From Blasia pusilla (lineage: Eukaryota), in contig CM114271.1 in assembly GCA_050084515.1 (NCBI GenBank), forward strand, positions 1,674,001 through 1,738,000: a stretch of 64,000 bases of DNA, given 5' to 3'. The position numbers were made by a program, and so were the translations under genes. Numbering within the stretch: position 1 is the stretch's first letter; each line of letters starts with the position of its first letter. Below the pieces are notes generated by a model. It was not told the DNA's origin. It worked only from the letters and a program-made list of their open reading frames with translations, and did not search any database. This document shows, piece after piece, positions 60,407-64,000 of the stretch.

Positions 60407-63400
60407 TCAATGTGAGCTTCTCCCATGGCTTGCAGAACCAACATCTTCACACTCTTCATTGAGCGCGGCGGAAGAATTGCTGGCAGAGTTTGCGTACAAG
60501 GATCGATAGACGCGCTTGATTCGCATCGTCAATATCAAGTTCATGAGAAGGCCCAACACGCAAACACCTGCCATGATGAGAAAGGTGAGTCGATAGCAGT
60601 GCGCCCCTACACATTCAGACACCTCGGATTCGTTCATCAACCTGGCTAGAATGTGACTTTCGACATCGTAATTGGCGTGTTTCTTGGTCGCTTCTTTGTC
60701 GTACAGATAACCGGCAATCACCCCAGAGAACAATAGAGCGCCGATCGGGTTCCCGATCGCTAAGAAGTTGTAGATCGATCCGAAGTTGCGCAGTCCGAAA
60801 AGCTCCGAGGCAGTTGGGACCATGATGGCTGTGTGAATGCCCCAAGAGAGCCCAACAAGCATTGAAGCCACGTACAAAGTTCCTGGATAAGCTGAAGCTA
60901 GGAGTAGATGTGCCACTATCATAATAACCTGACCTACAAGGAACCATACTGTCCGAGGAAGAGCCGCTGACCTGCATCCACAAGTGATTCGAGTAAAGAC
61001 TAAATCCAGAAGATCACGCGAAAACAATTCTACATCTCACGCTCAAATTTGGATCCAGTTGTGCTCATCTGGCTGCACGATCCAAGGATGACTTCAATCC
61101 AGGTTGGGATCAGCGTGAATCTCACTACTCTCCGAGCTTTACAAAATCTAGGAAACGAATTGGGGAAGAGACAGAGAACGCAACTAAATACTTCGCTCTT
61201 TGGTATCACGACAACAGAAATGGAACCAGTAGATGAGTCCATAGTTAGATCCTCGGATGTGGTGTATTGGCAGAAACGATGGACAGTCGCCAACAGCGCA
61301 GGAATTTGAGCAGAACAAATATTTGATCGGAGAGGGATGGCTGTATCCTACAAACGGGCACATAAATTGAAAATGATGGCATGCATACCTGACATAGTGT
61401 TCGGATAATGAACCTGCTCCAAGACGGCCCAAAAAGTTCCACACGCTCACGAGAGAAACAAAGACGGTCACATCGGAGTAGCCTTGCGCGAGTCCGATTT
61501 GTCCCAAGTTGTTGGTGGCTGTGACTCCCGTGCCAACGCCGCAGAAAAAAGTGAAGAAGAGAAGCCAGAAGTCGGCCTTCACGAGCGCCTCGAAGAGAGT
61601 GAAATCCTCCCCGCGTCTCGGACCTTTCTTTCTTCGGACTGCTCCTTCTCCCACAAGCAACAAGGTTCCATCATCGACATCATCGTCCATTTCAGAATTA
61701 TTTTGGGCCATGCACAATATCGGCGCATTGTCATTCTTGTAGTGGTCCTTGGGACTCACAGGGCTCTGGGAATGAGGCAGCCCCGAGTTGGAAATCAGGC
61801 TGGAGTTCTGAGGGCTGCCCGAAGATTTTGCAAGAGCCTCAGATATCTTCGGCTGTTTCGACGCGGTGCGCTCACGGTCTTTGATTCCAGCGCGGGGACT
61901 CGGAGGTGCAACATTCCTCTCATCTGGCTTCAGCAGTGGTTCTTGGAGCTTTCCAGACTCGTCATTACCCGATGGTTTCAGAAGTCCTCGGTTGTGGCGC
62001 TTCCAGGATCGTTTATCGAACAGAAACTTCAATGGCACAAGGAGTGGAGCGGCAAGGAATATGACCATTACCAGGACAAAGCTCCGAGAGATCAGAGGAG
62101 TGACAGGAAAGATGATCCCAGCCAAGCTGGCAACGAACAGAAACAGAGCCAAGGCGACACACACTACGTGCAAGAAAACGAAACCACCGTGCTCTTTAGG
62201 GTCATGGTACTCAGGAACAGAGCTCGTGCCATCTGGGGTGACTACAGGCCGGATGAAATACATGACGCATAGGCACACAGCAGAAGGACCGAGGGCAAGA
62301 AACAGAAGCAAAGACTCGGGATCGCCTTGCAAGAGAGAGACATAGATAGTCGTGAAAACTGCACCGCTGAGGCCTATGAATCCCTTAATGATTCCCACCA
62401 CCGTCCCTCGACTCTTGGGGAAGTTGCGCATGGATGTCACGAGTACTGCAGTGTTGAACCACGTTGAAGTGTTGGCCGCCAGACACAGAAACACACAGAG
62501 CTGTTGCACGAAGAAAGTCAGTGAGATGAACACGATGATTGTTATCCTCTACCATGAAACTCATCTAAAGTACGGAAGGTCCTCAGCGAGCTGCATACAC
62601 TCGAAATCCACCTCGGTGAACTAATCAACGCTAAAAGCTGCCCTTCTACGGATCACCCACTCCATGTACACATCAGGCCCGACAAGCAGCGAGGCCCTTG
62701 TGGCCACTTGAAGCAATTGATGATATACTCAACTAGTGGGGAATCGCTCAAATCTGTGAAGGAATCGATACAGGCGTCCTCAGGAAGCGGGAGGGCTCAC
62801 GCATGCAACCTAGGCCCGTACTGGGGGTGTACCGTGCACATACGACACAGGAATGGAAAGGCTTCCAATTCAAGACAGGAGACCACTCCATATCATTGAA
62901 CAACGACTCATATCCCCACGCATAAGGCAGGTCTGATGATTCTTCAAAAGAACTCACTGCAGAAGACACTTCTAAGTTCGGATGCATCACATATTCGCAA
63001 GGACTGAACAGACGTTTTCTGAAGTATCTGCGCAACACGATCATATACCTACGCCGACATCTAAGTGGCCATATCTATCAAAAGACACATAAAGATAGGA
63101 CCTTGGACACAAACCAAAAATCAGGAAGACAATTCTTCACAAAGAAACGGACCTGCCTATCCTCAACCCAGACCCCAAAAATACGTAGCTCATCACAGTT
63201 TTGGAGTGGGCAGTACCAGCCAGTATGGTAATGGAGCAATGCGCTGGGTCAAAACGAGCCACATCGTTCCATAGCCGATGAAACCACTCATAACACCGAT
63301 TGTCAAAATGCCCCACGGAGGTAGAATATTGCAGAGGATTCCAGGGAGCATCCCGACATTATCTCCAAAATCCTTCGCAACTCCCAAATTGTTGAGTTGT

Positions 63401-63543
63401 ACTTGATTAATCTGCAATCCGGCTTTCAGAGCCGGTGCGTAGTTTGCAAACACCGTAGCGCTTCCTCCGAAGGCTTGCACCCAGATACCGGACGCCAGCC
63501 CAACCCATTTCGTAACCTGACCCTTCGGACCTGCACCCTCCAT
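60407..63543 (-). CDS. Nodulin-like / NFD4-like major facilitator superfamily transporter, 3 exons, 667 aa
   Basis: Exons 63543-63217, 62500-61389 and 60971-60407 (GT-AG, in frame, 2004 nt). Motifs KWVGLASGIWVQ, QLNNLGVAKDFG, WFNTAVLVTSMRNFPKSRGTVVGIIKGFIGLSGA, GPRRGEDFTLFEALVKADFWLLF, PTASELFGLRNFG, CVGAHCYRLTFLIMAGVC. Confidence 0.96.
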
Positions 63544-64000
63544 CGTCTCTGACTGAAAACGGGTTGATTCTCTGAAATGGATAACCCCTCCTCCCTAGAC
63601 TCAATTCATCGTAGCTTTCACGCCCACGATCGCGTTCATAAGCCACGCTTCCCACGCCTGTTGGCGTTCCAACTTGTTCAAATCTCTTCGGTTTTCGCCT
63701 TCAGGGGAGTGCTAGCGCCCCGACAGTTGAACATGGAGCGAGAAACCTCTGCCACGCATTCCGGTAAGAGCATTTGCGTTTGCCTTGCCGAAAATACTCA
63801 ACAACCTCAGCGCTGATTGTCTCGTGATCAACTCAGCATCTTCGAAATTGCGCCTCGACTTCCGAGCTTACTTCTCCTCGGTATCCGATGGAGACCTCCA
63901 CCCTACAACCAAATCCCTTCGCACTTCCCTTCGCGTAGAATGATCCTTCGCGGCGATCAACCACCATAGCCGAATGCTGTCACCGTCAAACAGTAAGTAC

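Noticed and set aside
61484-62345. 262-aa and 159-aa plus-strand ORFs
   Set aside because: Antisense shadows of the MFS transporter exon 2.

Overview
Repeat-rich nuclear DNA from a land plant. The TE families and gene style suggest an early-diverging lineage such as a liverwort or other bryophyte, but this is inference only. There are two intact spliced genes: a 10-exon F-actin capping protein alpha gene (12655-17232, +) and a 3-exon nodulin-like/NFD4-type MFS transporter (63543-60407, -). An intron-containing ENT1-like nucleoside transporter pseudogene lies at about 43294-44874 (+). The rest is nested, degenerate TEs: a Copia remnant, two Gypsy families and several LTRs. The main result is two different mobile elements that each carry a DNA methyltransferase. 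(1) A ~6.3 kb Mutator-like DNA transposon (26470-32832) has GA-rich terminal inverted repeats, a DDE+SWIM transposase and, head-to-head with it, a spliced beta-class N4/N6 amino-methyltransferase-like gene. Introns of both genes and the subterminal regions contain copies of a ~29-bp CpG-rich palindrome. (2) A Gypsy family is present as two complementary deleted copies. Together they reconstruct gag-protease-C5 cytosine methyltransferase-RT-RNaseH-integrase-PHD finger. Element 1 sits inside a copy of element 2. All TE ORFs here are broken, so function is inferred from motif patterns read by eye. No database search was run.
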